Assembly (NCBI GenBank): GCA_035193785.1
Contig: CP136572.1
Location: 768,001-832,000 of the forward strand
DNA: 64,000 nucleotides
Direction of reading: 5' to 3'
Source: Planktothrix sp. GU0601_MAG3
GTDB taxonomy: Bacteria > Cyanobacteriota > Cyanobacteriia > Cyanobacteriales > Microcoleaceae
Position numbers and translations under genes: made by a program. This document shows positions 47,834-59,681 of the stretch, piece after piece (positions within the stretch are counted from its first letter, which is position 1; each line of letters begins with the position of its first letter). Below the pieces are notes generated by a model. The model was not told the origin of the DNA. It saw only the letters and a program-made list of their open reading frames with translations, and searched no databases.

Positions 47834-50800
47834 CTATAAAGCCAGTTGTTGTTGGGCTAAATGGTAATAGAGTCCTTGAGTTGCCATTAGCTGTTCATGG
47901 TTGCCCTGTTCAACTAAAATACCTTTGTCTATAACTAGAATACAATCGGCACTTCTCACGGTTGAGAGCCGATGGGCAATAATAATCGTGGTGCGATCGC
48001 GTTGCATTTGCTCTAAATTGCGTTGAAAACGGCTTTCACTTTCAGTATCTAAAGAACTGGTTGCTTCATCTAAAATCAGAATTCGAGGACTTCCTAATAA
48101 GGCTCTGGCGATCGCTACTCGTTGCCGTTGTCCTCCCGATAAACTTGATCCCCGTTCTCCAACTTTGGTATAATATCCCAAGGGTAAACCCTGAATAAAT
48201 CCGTGAACTTCGGCTAATTTAGCTGCCTCAATTACCTGATCCAAAGTATATTCATCCCGATAAAGAGTAATATTTTCTAAAATTGTTCCTGAAAATAAAT
48301 AACAATCCTGGGGAACCACGCCCATTTGTGTGCGTAAAGAAGGGGGAGAAACATGACAAATTTCATGCCCATCCACATAAATATGTCCGGTTGTGGGATG
48401 GTACAAACCTTGCATTAACTTAACTAGGGTGCTTTTTCCTGAACCACTGCGCCCAACAATTGCAATGGTTTGACCGGGAGGAAATTTAAAAGAAAGATTT
48501 TGCAGAATATTAGTTTCCGCATCTTCTTGATAACGAAAAGTCACGTTATCAAAGTTAATTTCTCCCTGGATTCTGGGTAATATAATTAACGGTTTTTGCG
48601 GGGTTTCTTCCGGTTCCTGTTCAAAGACATCATTTAAACGCTCTACGGAAATTAATACTTCTTGCAATCTATCCCATAATCCCACTAAAGCCAGAATCGG
48701 ACTAATTACATAACCCTGCATCATATTAAAAGCGACAAACTGACCAATAGTTAATTGATCTTGGATCACCAGATTTACACCAAACCAAAGTAAAAATGTA
48801 CTCCCAATAGAATTAATTAACCCACTGACAAATCCCAAACTAATTCCTAATTTCTGGGCTTTAAACTGAACATTCATCTGTTGGGTTAATTTTTCTTCCC
48901 AACGCCAACGTAATTCCGGTTTCCGCCGATACCGCTTTCACCGTATTAATTCCGGTAAAAATTTCTACTAAGGTTGAACTTTGATCAGCAGCGGCATTAA
49001 ATAATTGACGGGAAATCTGCCTTAATACTGGCGTTGCTGCCAAGGTGAGGATGATAATTAAAGGCACAATTCCTAAAATTAAAATGGTGAGTTTAAGATT
49101 GTAATAAAGCATCAATCCCAAATAGACAAACCCCGTCACAATATTCAACGCCGATAACAAAATTTGACCGACGAGAAACCGTTGAATTTTCTGATTTTCT
49201 TGAACGCGGGTCAGGATATCACCGACGCGGCGGGACTCAAAGAACTTTAAAGGAAGTTGTAGGGCGTGGTTAATAAATCCACCAATGAGAGTTAAATCCA
49301 AACGATTTGATAAGTAACTCAATAGATATTGTCGAATTGAGGATAACCCTAAACTCCACACGCCAAATAATAACAATCCCAAGGCAAATACATTCAAACC
49401 AGTGAGGCTTTTATTCACCACAACCCGATCTAAAATAATCTGGGTTAATAAAGGAGTTACAATTCCAAATATCTGAATTAATAGGGATAACAAAACAATT
49501 TGTAATCCCAAAAATCGATGGGGCCAAATTACCCCGGCAAACCGACCGAGAGAGCGTTTATGCTCTTGGAGTTCCCGGAATTGATCGGTGGGTTCCAAAA
49601 GTAAAGCATAGCCCGTCCATCCCGCCAAAAACGCTTGACGAGAGAGGGTTTTTTTGCCCTCAGCCGGATCAGCAATCACCACTTGATGACGACGGACTTT
49701 ATAGACCACAATATAGTGATCACCCTGCCAATGGGCAATCCAAGGTTTTTTTTCGGTTTCTAAACGATTCAAACTTGCCCGTACAGGTCGCGCTTGATAA
49801 CCTAAGCGTTCTGAGGTGAGAGTGAGGTTTTTTAAAGAAACTCCAGATCGTCCGACATCGGAAATATTACGCAGGCTATTAATACTTAAATATTTCCCCC
49901 AATACTGACTAATCATCGCTAAACAAGCGACCCCACAGTCAGAGGAGCTTTGCTGTTGTATAAATGGATAGCGTTGCCAAAATCCTCGCCAGACTCGTTG
50001 AGGTTTGGGTTTTGGGAAGCTGAGGGTTTGCTGGGTTGGGGGAACAAGTACCGGGGATGGTTTAATGGTGGCGGGTTGAGGGGACACCGTTACCTTGGTT
50101 TGCTGTTTCCGCATCGGAGATTTCCCACCTTGTATGGATGTTAGCTGTAAGGTTTCTGCGGGAAGTTGATAGACAATTAACTCCGTGGCGGCGATCCATT
50201 CCGGGGGGATGGGATCGGGTTCTCCCCAACTATCGCCCACCTGGGGAACAGTATCGGTGCCCGTAATTTGTCCTTGGTACAGCCAAAATCGGCCCTGTGG
50301 TGTTGGGAACACTGATTTTAGGGTAGTTTCCGGCGTTGATCTGGTGTTGGGTGCAGCCGGATAAAAGTTCTTGTAGTCGGTGACTGGTTAACCGTCGCCA
50401 GTCCGTTTGGGTTTTGAAGAATAATAACCGTTGTCGGTTTTCGATGGTGGTTTGCAGGTAGGTTTGCAGAGAAGGAGTCTGTTTCATCTGTGCCTGGATT
50501 TCCACCAGGGGAATCGAGGCTACAATCACGTTGCTGGCTGCGATCGCTTCATAGGATAAACTTGAGTGTTGCCATCCGACTTGATCCCCGCCAAAGGTTT
50601 CACCAATTTCAATCACTGAAACCGAAATCTCCCGATTGAGATTTTTGTCCCAGGCCAGGAGTCGGACTCGACCTTCAACGACTAAATAAAACAGGGATTT
50701 TTGGTTTAGTTCGCTGTGAACTGTTTTTTCGGGAGAAATGGCTATATTATCAATGGAATCTCCCAGTTGAAACGAGTGGAGATGCCAATGTTGACTCCAA

Positions 50801-50934
50801 GCTGCAACATCAACGGTCTCGGGGTCATGGATTTGAGCCAGAAAGTTTTCTAAGGCAGAAATCAATAAAGATTGAGAAGCCTTTGGGTCAGGGGTGGACA
50901 CCCGATCCCGTTCAGTCAAGTTGAGGTTGATCAT
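47834..50934 (-). CDS. HetC-like peptidase-containing ABC transporter (cNMP-like domain + C39 + TMD + NBD), split at ~50327 and ~48920
   Basis: LFYLVVEGRVRL...GETFG; QQSSSDCGVACL and HWQGDHYIVV with Cys/His intact; GRSGSGKST, LSGGQRQR and ILDEATS. Confidence 0.92.
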
Positions 50935-51407
50935 GGTTCTGATGGGATAAATATTGTTATTGTCTTTATTGGTAACCTGTGCAGGGGTTCGTAGAAATCT
51001 CAAATTAGGCTTTTCCAGTCCCTTCAAAACCCCTTTAGCAAATGGGAATCTAGCCCCCTTACCAACTGGGGTTAGGGTATATACAGTTATCCGCCGAAAT
51101 CCCCCTAGTTAGGGAGACTTCTGCCCACAGGGGTTAAGCACTAATTGAGCAAAAACTTATGTCTAACAACACTGATTGCTTTTCAGATGATTAGAGGATT
51201 CTGATATTCAACCAAGTTGTCTATCGCCGTAAGATACCCCCGCATGATGGCATATTTTAATTAGGGGTGTCCTGAACTTAAGACAGATTCGGATGATTTT
51301 TATTAAATCTTTAACTAAATCTTTACATTGATGGCCAAAATTTTAGGGGTTGTAAGACCGATGAGATGAAAGGTTGAGGGACTTTTTTGTCAAAAGTGTA
51401 TATAAAG

Positions 51408-52124
51408 TTAAGGCTTAATTAGGGTTTCCCTTTCCTGACAAATCGATTTTCGGTCAATACCACTTTGATATTCACAGCTAAATTTTTCCTGACACCACTT
51501 GTTAAGATTTACCTCCTCAAGTTGAGTTAGATTAGAACAGGAAGGTTGAATCACTTGACTTGCTAATGCCCATAAAAAAGTGCGGGTGATATCTAGTCCC
51601 GTTTTTAGCCAAAATTCTTGATTAGCAGGAACACCAGTTTCTTTGACAGTCTCCACATCTACCCAAATTCCGTGAGATCCTAACATAATTTGAGCCATCC
51701 ACTTTGCCCTGGGTAAATGGCTGGGAGAGGTGATTAAGTTAACATGATGAGCTTGCCATTTGCTCAGAATGGGTTGACTGTAAACAAAATTATCAAAAGT
51801 AGAATTTGCACACTTTTCTAGCCAAACCTGTTGCGTTGGTGCTCGTTCGCGCTCAAATAGTTTTACAATACAAGGATCATCTGATCCGGTTGAAATTAAA
51901 ATCCGAATATCGGGATTTTGTTTTGCTAGTTCGGCGACATACATTTCCCGTTTAATACTTCCCCCCAGGACGAAAAATGTATCCACGGGTTGTTGGGAGG
52001 CGACAGATAGCTTCTGGAATTGATGCCAAATACCACTTGACAGGGTGATTAATATAATAATTGCCCCTAGCAGTAAAATTTTTAGGCACAATTTATGTTT
52101 TAATTGTAATGGTCGCCAATTCAT
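51408..52124 (-). CDS. YdcF/DUF218-family protein
   Basis: N-terminal TM, VLGG, LE..A.STFDN and LITSPSHLPRA. Confidence 0.85.
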   Translation of the reverse strand: MNWRPLQLKHKLCLKILLLGAIIILITLSSGIWHQFQKLSVASQQPVDTFFVLGGSIKREMYVAELAKQNPDIRILISTGSDDPCIVKLFERERAPTQQVWLEKCANSTFDNFVYSQPILSKWQAHHVNLITSPSHLPRAKWMAQIMLGSHGIWVDVETVKETGVPANQEFWLKTGLDITRTFLWALASQVIQPSCSNLTQLEEVNLNKWCQEKFSCEYQSGIDRKSICQERETLIKP

Positions 52125-52140
52125 TTAAAACCAATCCTTT

Positions 52141-52500
52141 ATGAATATTATCAGTCCTTTCGTCGTTGTTCGTCTATTGTATTTTATATTATTCTTGGCT
52201 TTAGGACTCTATCCGGTTTCAACCCTGGCTCAAAATAATTCCACTCAACCCAAACCTAAATATCAATATCCTCAAGAAGTTATTAATACTTATATCAGTA
52301 GTTGTAGTCAACGCAGTGTTCAACAAGGTTTAACCCAACAACAGGCGAAAGCGGTTTGTCAGTGCACTATTAATCAATTTCAATCTCGGTACAGATTTGA
52401 GCAGTTTCTGAAAATTTATACTCAAGCTCAAAAGACAAAAAAATCCCCCGATGAGTTTGTGGATGTGGGGATTGAATGTGCTGAAAAATTGCTCCAATAA
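52141..52500 (+). CDS. Small secreted hypothetical protein with four Cys
   Basis: Signal peptide ending STLA; YP......YI.SC and C.C motifs. Confidence 0.7.
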   Translation: MNIISPFVVVRLLYFILFLALGLYPVSTLAQNNSTQPKPKYQYPQEVINTYISSCSQRSVQQGLTQQQAKAVCQCTINQFQSRYRFEQFLKIYTQAQKTKKSPDEFVDVGIECAEKLLQ

Positions 52501-52560
52501 ACTGTTAACCTTCAACGATATAATAAATAGTTTAATGATCATATATTATTAATACCTCCT

Positions 52561-55400
52561 ATGATTCAGTCTCCGCTAAAACCTGCTATGCGAGAAAAGT
52601 TCAATATTTCCCGCGCTTGTATCGCCCATCCTAGAATTGCAATTGGGTTTTGGATTGGGGTAATCATAGCAGGAATTTTGGCATTTAGTCATCTCAAATA
52701 TGCCCTATTTCCAGAGGTGACATTTCCGGTTGTAGTTGTGAGTACCACCGCACCAATTTCCACTGCAACGGATACGGAATTAAAAGTTACTTTACCGATT
52801 GAAACGGGGGTAAAATCTATTCCAGGAGTCTATGATTTGCGTTCATCAACCTATGCCGGACGCAGTATTATCAGTTTAGCATTTTTAGTCGGAACCGGTT
52901 TAGAGTCCTCAACAAATCAAGTAGAAACAGCTTTAAAAACCATTCAATTACCTCCTGAAACAACCTACAATATAATTCCGTTAAACCTAAACGAATCAAC
53001 AGCTATTACCTACGCGATTAAAAGCGAAAGCAAAACCTTAAAAGAATTAACCACAATTACTAAAAGTGCAATTCTTCCCCAACTACAAGCTTTGCCAGGG
53101 GTATTAAAAGTTAATCTCTTGGGGGATGGATTAAGTCGGGAAGCCAAAAAGGATATCGCCTCCCTATCCAGTTCTCAAACCCTAATTCAAGACCCGCCAA
53201 CTTTAGTTAGATATAATGGGGAAAATGTCTTAGCAGTTCAAGTGGTAAAACGCAGTAATGCTAATACCTTAGAAGTGGTAAATCAAGTTGAAAATAATAT
53301 TAATATTATCCAACAAGATTTACAAGATGTCAAGTTAATTTTAGCAGAAACCCAAGCTGATTATATTAGAGAAGCTACCCATTCTACCATTAATGAATTA
53401 TTATTAGCCATGGTTTTGGCTATTGCCATTGTCTTCCCCTTTTTAAGAAATTTCAGAGCCACTTTAATTACCGCCTTAGCCATTCCCACTTCCTTATTAG
53501 GAACCTGCATTGTGATGGCAATTGCTGGATTCAACTTAGAAACAATAACCCTATTAGCCTTAGCATTAGTGATTGGAATTGTGATTGATGATGCTATTGT
53601 TGATGTGGAGAATATTGCCCGATTAATTGATGCCGGAGAAACACCCAGGGAAGCAGCAATTAAAGGAAACAGATGAAATTGGGTTAACGGTGACAGCTTC
53701 CACCTTAACAATTGTAGCCGTTTTTCTCCCCGTAGCCTTTATGGGGGATGCTTTGGGACAGTTTTTTAAACCCTTTGCCTTGACAATTTCTTCAGCCGTA
53801 GTTATATCATTATTAGTCGCCAGAACTTTATCTCCAGTTTTAGCCGTTTATTGGTTAAAACCCGTCAAAAATAGACCGGAAAATTATATTCCTAAACCCC
53901 ACCCCATTATTGAAATCTATCGTCGAGTTTTGCAATGGTCACTCACCCACCGGAAACGGGTTATTTTAATAGCTATTTTGAGTTTTATTGCAGGTTTAGC
54001 CTTAATTCCTTTTGTCCCACAAGGGTTTTTACCGCGACTCGATAGAGGAGAATTTGTGATTAATTATTCCTATCCTCTCCCTCAAATTTCCAATCTTCAA
54101 CGTAGAGACGAGCCACGGCGCGTCTCCTCCACCTCCCCCGCCTCCACCTCCCCCGCCTCCCCCACCCCAGACGAGCCACAGCCAGCCTCCCCAGCCCCAG
54201 ACAAGCCACAGCCCGTCTCGAACTCCAGCGATATTTTTCAACAGCAAGGGGCGTTTGATTGGTTAACAGATTTAGCCAGAAATCCCATTCAACTATTTAT
54301 CAGAAAAACTCGGACGACAGCCACAAAAATAGAAACGGTTATTTTGAATACTCCCGATGTGGAAAAAACCTTGACAATTATTGGAATTAAAGGACAACCA
54401 AATCGAGGTAGAATTTATGTAAAACTCAAAAATGATCGTCAACTAACAACCTTAGAAGCTCAAGATCAAATTCGTTCAAATTTGCCCCAAATTAATAACG
54501 TTACCATCAGTGTGGAAGATATACAATTTGTAGAAACAGGGGATGAGAAACCCCTACAAATTGTATTAGTTGGAGAGGATATTCAACAATTAAATAATAT
54601 CGCTAAAACCATTAAAGAAAAAGTCGCAAAATTACCGGGTTTTGTGGATGTTCGAGTAACGGGCGAAGAAAATATATCGAATACCATCAACCAAATTGAA
54701 AGATTTAACGGTCAACGGGCGGCTTATGTGACGGCTAATTTAAGCCAAGGTCAATTATTAGGGGATGCGACAAATCAAGTTCTTGATATTGCTAAACCTT
54801 TAATTTCTAATGGAGTTACATTAAAATTAACTGGAGATTCTGCCAGAATTGGTCAAGTTTTAAATAGCTTTCTTGTCACCCTAATTTTTTCTGTTGTTTG
54901 TATGTTAGGGTTACTATTCCTATTATTTGGTCGTTGGGTGGAAACCGGCGGTAGTTGGGTTAACGCTTCCTTTGTGTTTGGTCGGAGCAATGTTAGCTTT
55001 ATTAATTACTCAAAGTGATTTTGGAATTATTTCTTTAATTGGGTTAATATTCCTTTTGGGATTATTAGATAAAAATGTGTTATTGTTGATGGATTATATT
55101 AACCAATTACGTCAAAAAGGGATGGGTCGAAATCAGGCAATTATCGAAACAGGTGCCGTGCGTTTGAGACCAATTATTATGACCACTGCATCGACAATTT
55201 TGGGAATGTTACCAATTGCGTTAGGACTAGGAGCGGGGGCAGAATTAAGACAACCAATGGCCGTTGCTATTATTGGGGGTTTAATTACATCTACTTTATT
55301 AAGCTTAATTGTAGTTCCAGTTTTAAATACATTTTTAGAAGATGGAGAGTTAAAGATTAAAAACGATTTAAGAAACAAAGTTTATAAAAATAAACCATAA
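52561..55400 (+). CDS. AcrB/CzcA-type RND permease with a shortened periplasmic part, split at ~53667 and ~54942
   Basis: GIVIDDAIVDVENI, VAVFLPVAF, RLRPIIMTT and PMAVAIIGGL. Confidence 0.9.
54102..54220. repeat. REP-like and 9-mer repeats inserted in frame in the RND gene
   Basis: GTAGAGACGAGCCACGGCGCGTCT is the reverse complement of intergenic units at 62650-62760. Confidence 0.8.
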
Positions 55401-55420
55401 AAGCACTGAGACACTAAGAC

Positions 55421-56402
55421 ATGATAAAAGTATTTGTAACGGGTGGTACGGGGTTTGTTGGGGCGAATTTAGTTAGATTGTTATTGAAAAATAACTATGC
55501 AGTTCGGGTGTTAGTTCGTCCCGAAAGTAATTTGGATAACTTGAAAAATTTAGAGGTTGAAATTGTTGAAGGAAACTTAACAAATGCTAACCTATCTCAA
55601 TCTTTAAAAGGCTGTCAGGTTCTATTTCATTGTGCCGCCCATTATTCCCTTTGGCAAAAAGATAAACACCTATTACAACAATATAATATTATCGGAACTC
55701 GTAATATTTTAGCCGCCGCTAGACAGGCGGGAATTGAACGAACAATTTATACAAGTTCCGTTGCTGCTATTGGGGTAAAACCGGGAGTTGCTGTTAATGA
55801 AAATTATCAAAGTCCGGTTGAGAATTTAGTCGGATATTATAAAAAATCCAAATATTGGGCAGAACAGGAAGCCCAAAATGCGGTAAAATTAGGTCAGGAT
55901 ATTGTGATTGTTAATCCCAGTACGCCCATTGGCCCTTGGGATATTAAACCCACGCCCACAGGGGATTTGATTTTACGCTTTCTCCGCCGAAAAATGCCCG
56001 CTTATGTGAATACTGGATTAAATTTTATTGATGTTAGAGATGTTGCTCAAGGTCATTTACTCGCCTTAGAAAAAGGCAAAACTGGAGAACGTTATATTTT
56101 AGGTCATCAGAATTTAACCTTAAAACAATTCTTAGATTTATTGTCAGAAATAACCGGATTACCCGCCCCTGAAAAAACCATCCCAGTTTGGCTTCCCTTG
56201 GGCATTGCTTGGGTGGATGAGATGATTTTAGCTAATTTAGGTAAAACACCTTCTATCCCCTTAGATGGCGTTAAAATGTCAAGACAACCGATGTATTATA
56301 ATGCCTCAAAAGCAGTTTCAAGAATTGGGTTTACCCCAATCTTCAATTAAAACCGCCTTGAAAGATGCCGTTAATTGGTTTATGTTAACAGTTGACCGTT
56401 GA
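55421..56402 (+). CDS. hpnA: Hopanoid-associated sugar epimerase/dehydrogenase; C-terminus shifted at ~56316
   Basis: VTGGTGFVG, HCAAHY, YKKSK and GPWDIKPTPTG; adjacent to hpnH. Confidence 0.88.
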
Positions 56403-56519
56403 CAGGTAAGGGCGGGTTTAGTCAGATCTTTTTAATGAATCGAAATCTTGATAAACCCGCCCCTACAAATCCGCGAAATTCGTGAAATCCATCTAAATTC
56501 GTAATCTCAAAGGAGAAAA

Positions 56520-57531
56520 ATGGCCATTCAAATTGAACAAGCAATCACCGTGGGCAAATATTTATTGACACAACGGTTAATGGGGCGAAAAAAATTCCCC
56601 CTAGTGTTAATGTTAGAACCATTATTTCGTTGTAATTTAGCCTGTTCTGGCTGTGGAAAAATTCAACATCCTAAAGAAATTCTCAAGCAAAATTTAAGCC
56701 CAGAAGACTGTTTTAAAGCGGTAGAAGAATGTGGTGCACCCGTGGTTTCAATTCCCGGGGGTGAACCTTTATTACACCCACAAATTGATCAAATAGTTGA
56801 GGGATTAGTTGCTCGCAAAAAGTTTATTTATTTGTGTACAAATGGAATTTTGCTCGAAAAAAGTTTAGACAAATTTAAACCTTCTCCCTATTTAACCTTT
56901 AGTGTACATTTAGATGGATTAAAAGAACACCATGACCACTGTGTAGACCGAGAGGGGGTTTTTGAAATTGCAGTGAAAGCGATTAAAGTTGCCAAATCAA
57001 AAGGATTTAGGGTGACAACCAATACAACGGTATTTGCGGGAACTCAGCCGGAAGAAATGCAGAAATTCTTTGATTTTCTGGATAGTTTAGGTTTAGATGG
57101 AATGATGATTTCTCCGGGTTATAGTTATGAATGGGCACCAGACCAAGAACATTTCCTAAAACGAGAACAAACTAAAGCCCTATTCCGGGAAATTTTATCT
57201 CCCTATCAATCAGGTAAAAAGAAATGGAATTTTAATCATAATCCTTTATTCTTAGATTTTTTAATCGGAGAAAAAGACTATGATTGTACTCCCTGGGGAA
57301 GTCCTAGTTATAGTGTTTTAGGATGGCAAAAACCTTGTTATTTATTAAATGAAGGGTATTATTCCAGCTATCAAGAATTATTGGAAAAAACCGACTGGAC
57401 ACAATACGGAAAATCAAGCGGAAATCCTAAATGTGTAGATTGTATGGTGCACTGTGGTTATGAAACCAACAGCCGCAATGGAAGCGATGAAACTGGAAAA
57501 TATGGGGCGTTCTATTGGGGCTTTATTTTAA
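56520..57531 (+). CDS. hpnH: Adenosyl-hopene transferase (radical SAM); C-terminus shifted at ~57463
   Basis: [28 protein letters not shown] and [11 protein letters not shown]. Confidence 0.93.
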
Positions 57532-57651
57532 TTAGCTTATGGGTTATAACTAATACAGATGATTCCCCCTAACCCCATAAAAAAGGGGGGAATTTGGATA
57601 AGATATAGCTGACAATTTTACAGTCTCTGCCATTTTTTATAATCAGAAACA

Positions 57652-58473
57652 ATGCTAACAGAATTAATTAAACTGTTTGAATTTGAATTTATGAGAAATG
57701 CCTTAATAGCAGGACTTTTAGTAAGTATTGCCTGTGGCATGATTGGAACATTTGTTGTTGTGAATCGGATTGTTTTTATTAGTGGAGGAATTGCCCATGC
57801 TGCCTATGGAGGCATTGGTATGGGTTATTTTTTTCAATTTAATCCTGTAATTGGGGCGATTGCATTTTCTGTAGTTTCCGCGTTAGGAATGGGGTTAGTA
57901 TATCGTAAAACCCAACAACGGGCAGATACTATTATTGGGGTGATGTGGGCGATAGGAATGGCAATTGGGATTATTTTTATTGACTTAACCCCGGGTTATA
58001 AAGTGGACTTAATGAGTTATTTATTTGGCAGTATTCTAACCGTCCCCCAATCGGATTTAATTCTAATGTTAATCTTAAATCTTTTAATTGGGGGGATAAT
58101 TCTTTTATTTTATAAGGAATTAGTTGCCATTTCATTTGACCCCGTATTTGCCGAAACTCGGAATTTACCCGTTGACCAACTGTATCTAATGTTAATAGTT
58201 GCCATTGCCTTAACCGTGGTGATGGTGATGAAAGTGGTTGGTTTAATTTTGGTGATTGCCCTATTAACAATTCCGGCGGCAATTTCAGGACAATTTGTTA
58301 AAGACTTAAAACAAATGATGTTACTATCGAGTATTTTAGGAATGGTTTTTACCACCCTGGGATTAGGAATTTCCTACTTTTTTAATTTAACCTCCGGGGC
58401 TACGATTATTTTAGTCGCAGGTTGCGCTTATTTATTCAGTTTAAGCCTAAAAAATATGATAAAACCAGCCTGA
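57652..58473 (+). CDS. ZnuB/MntB-family metal ABC transporter permease
   Basis: IAHAAYGG, YLFGSIL and VGLILVIALLTIPA. Confidence 0.9.
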   Translation: MLTELIKLFEFEFMRNALIAGLLVSIACGMIGTFVVVNRIVFISGGIAHAAYGGIGMGYFFQFNPVIGAIAFSVVSALGMGLVYRKTQQRADTIIGVMWAIGMAIGIIFIDLTPGYKVDLMSYLFGSILTVPQSDLILMLILNLLIGGIILLFYKELVAISFDPVFAETRNLPVDQLYLMLIVAIALTVVMVMKVVGLILVIALLTIPAAISGQFVKDLKQMMLLSSILGMVFTTLGLGISYFFNLTSGATIILVAGCAYLFSLSLKNMIKPA

Positions 58474-58541
58474 TATGGTTCAATTTTCCTGATTTATGTT
58501 AAAGTCCTCTGTTGAACCTTGAATCACCTTTAAATTAACTT

Positions 58542-59466
58542 ATGAAAACAAAAATTGCCCTCTGTTTAACCTCCCTAATTCTAGGCTTTTCCTACCCGGT
58601 AATCGCACAGAATTCTAACCCTTGTCCGAGTTCAGTTTCTACTTGTCAAAACTCTAAATCGACGGCAACCGTGGCGATTTTAGAAGATGGTCGGTCTTAT
58701 GAATATGAAGCCGGACAGGGGATTTATCGAGTTCGCTATAATTACACTGGAGAAAATTGGACTCATGCTGATGTGGCTCCAATTCGGATTAATACTAACA
58801 AACCAATTGCCATTTTACCCATGCAATATACTAGCAATGGTTTACAATCCGGGGCAAGTGTTAACGGTGTTTCTGTGGGTCGAATTTGGAATTCTATTAC
58901 CGTTGAAGAAATGAAACGACGGTTAGAAGCATTAGGGTTTTATGTGTTAACTCCGACGATTTCTATGTATGGAGAAAATATAGATGGATTTCAGGCTTTA
59001 GAACATTTTATTGCCGGAGTTTCATAAGGGAAATGCTTCGGTGCAAACGGTGGTTTTAACGGCCGATGCTAATGTGGCGAATGCTGCTAACCCCCGTCCG
59101 GGTGCTCAAATGTTAGTTACCGGACTTCATCAACGGGATTTATGGTGGGAATATCGCATCCAAAATCGTTTAGTTGGGTTTTATCAACAGCAGGGTTTAG
59201 TTAATATTGGGCCGAGAGTTCGTGGGGGGAAAAATAATCGTGAGGGTCATTCTTTGGCTTGGCATCCGATGATTGAAAGGGCGGCGGAATATAATCCGAA
59301 AGTGGCGATTATTGAAGTTGCCCAGGCCGTAGAAATTATTCAACGGGCGGGGTCAATTCAAGCCGGACGACAATGGGCGGCTCCTGTGTTCGACGGTGTA
59401 GCGTTAGGCATGGCAGAAGAAGCCTGCGCTACGGGGGCGAAGCTGGGGATATGTCAGGGGGGGTAG
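58542..59466 (+). CDS. Secreted hypothetical protein, possibly a degenerate Amidase_3 fold, split at ~59020
   Basis: Signal peptide ending VIA; frames join as IAGV-HKGNAS. Confidence 0.7.
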
Positions 59467-59672
59467 GGGAGTGGGGGAGTAGGGGAGCAGGGGGAGCAGG
59501 GGGAGTAGGGGGAGCAGGGGGAGCAGGGGGAGCAGGGGGAGCAGGGGGAGCAGGGGGAGCAGGGGGAGTAGGGGAGCAGGGGGAGGTAGGAGGAGTAGGG
59601 GAGTGGGGGAGCAGGGGAGGCAGGGGGAGCAGGGGGAGCAGGGGAGCAGGGGGAGCAGGGGGAACAGGGGGA
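59467..59672. repeat. GGGGGAGCA 9-mer tandem array
   Basis: Directly visible; complement of the CCCCTGC(C/T) arrays elsewhere in the window. Confidence 0.9.
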
Positions 59673-59681
59673 GAGAAAAAT

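Noticed and set aside
45165..50934. Evidence that the organism forms heterocysts
   Set aside because: HetP- and HetC-like families also occur in non-heterocystous cyanobacteria; no nif, hgl or hep genes are in this window
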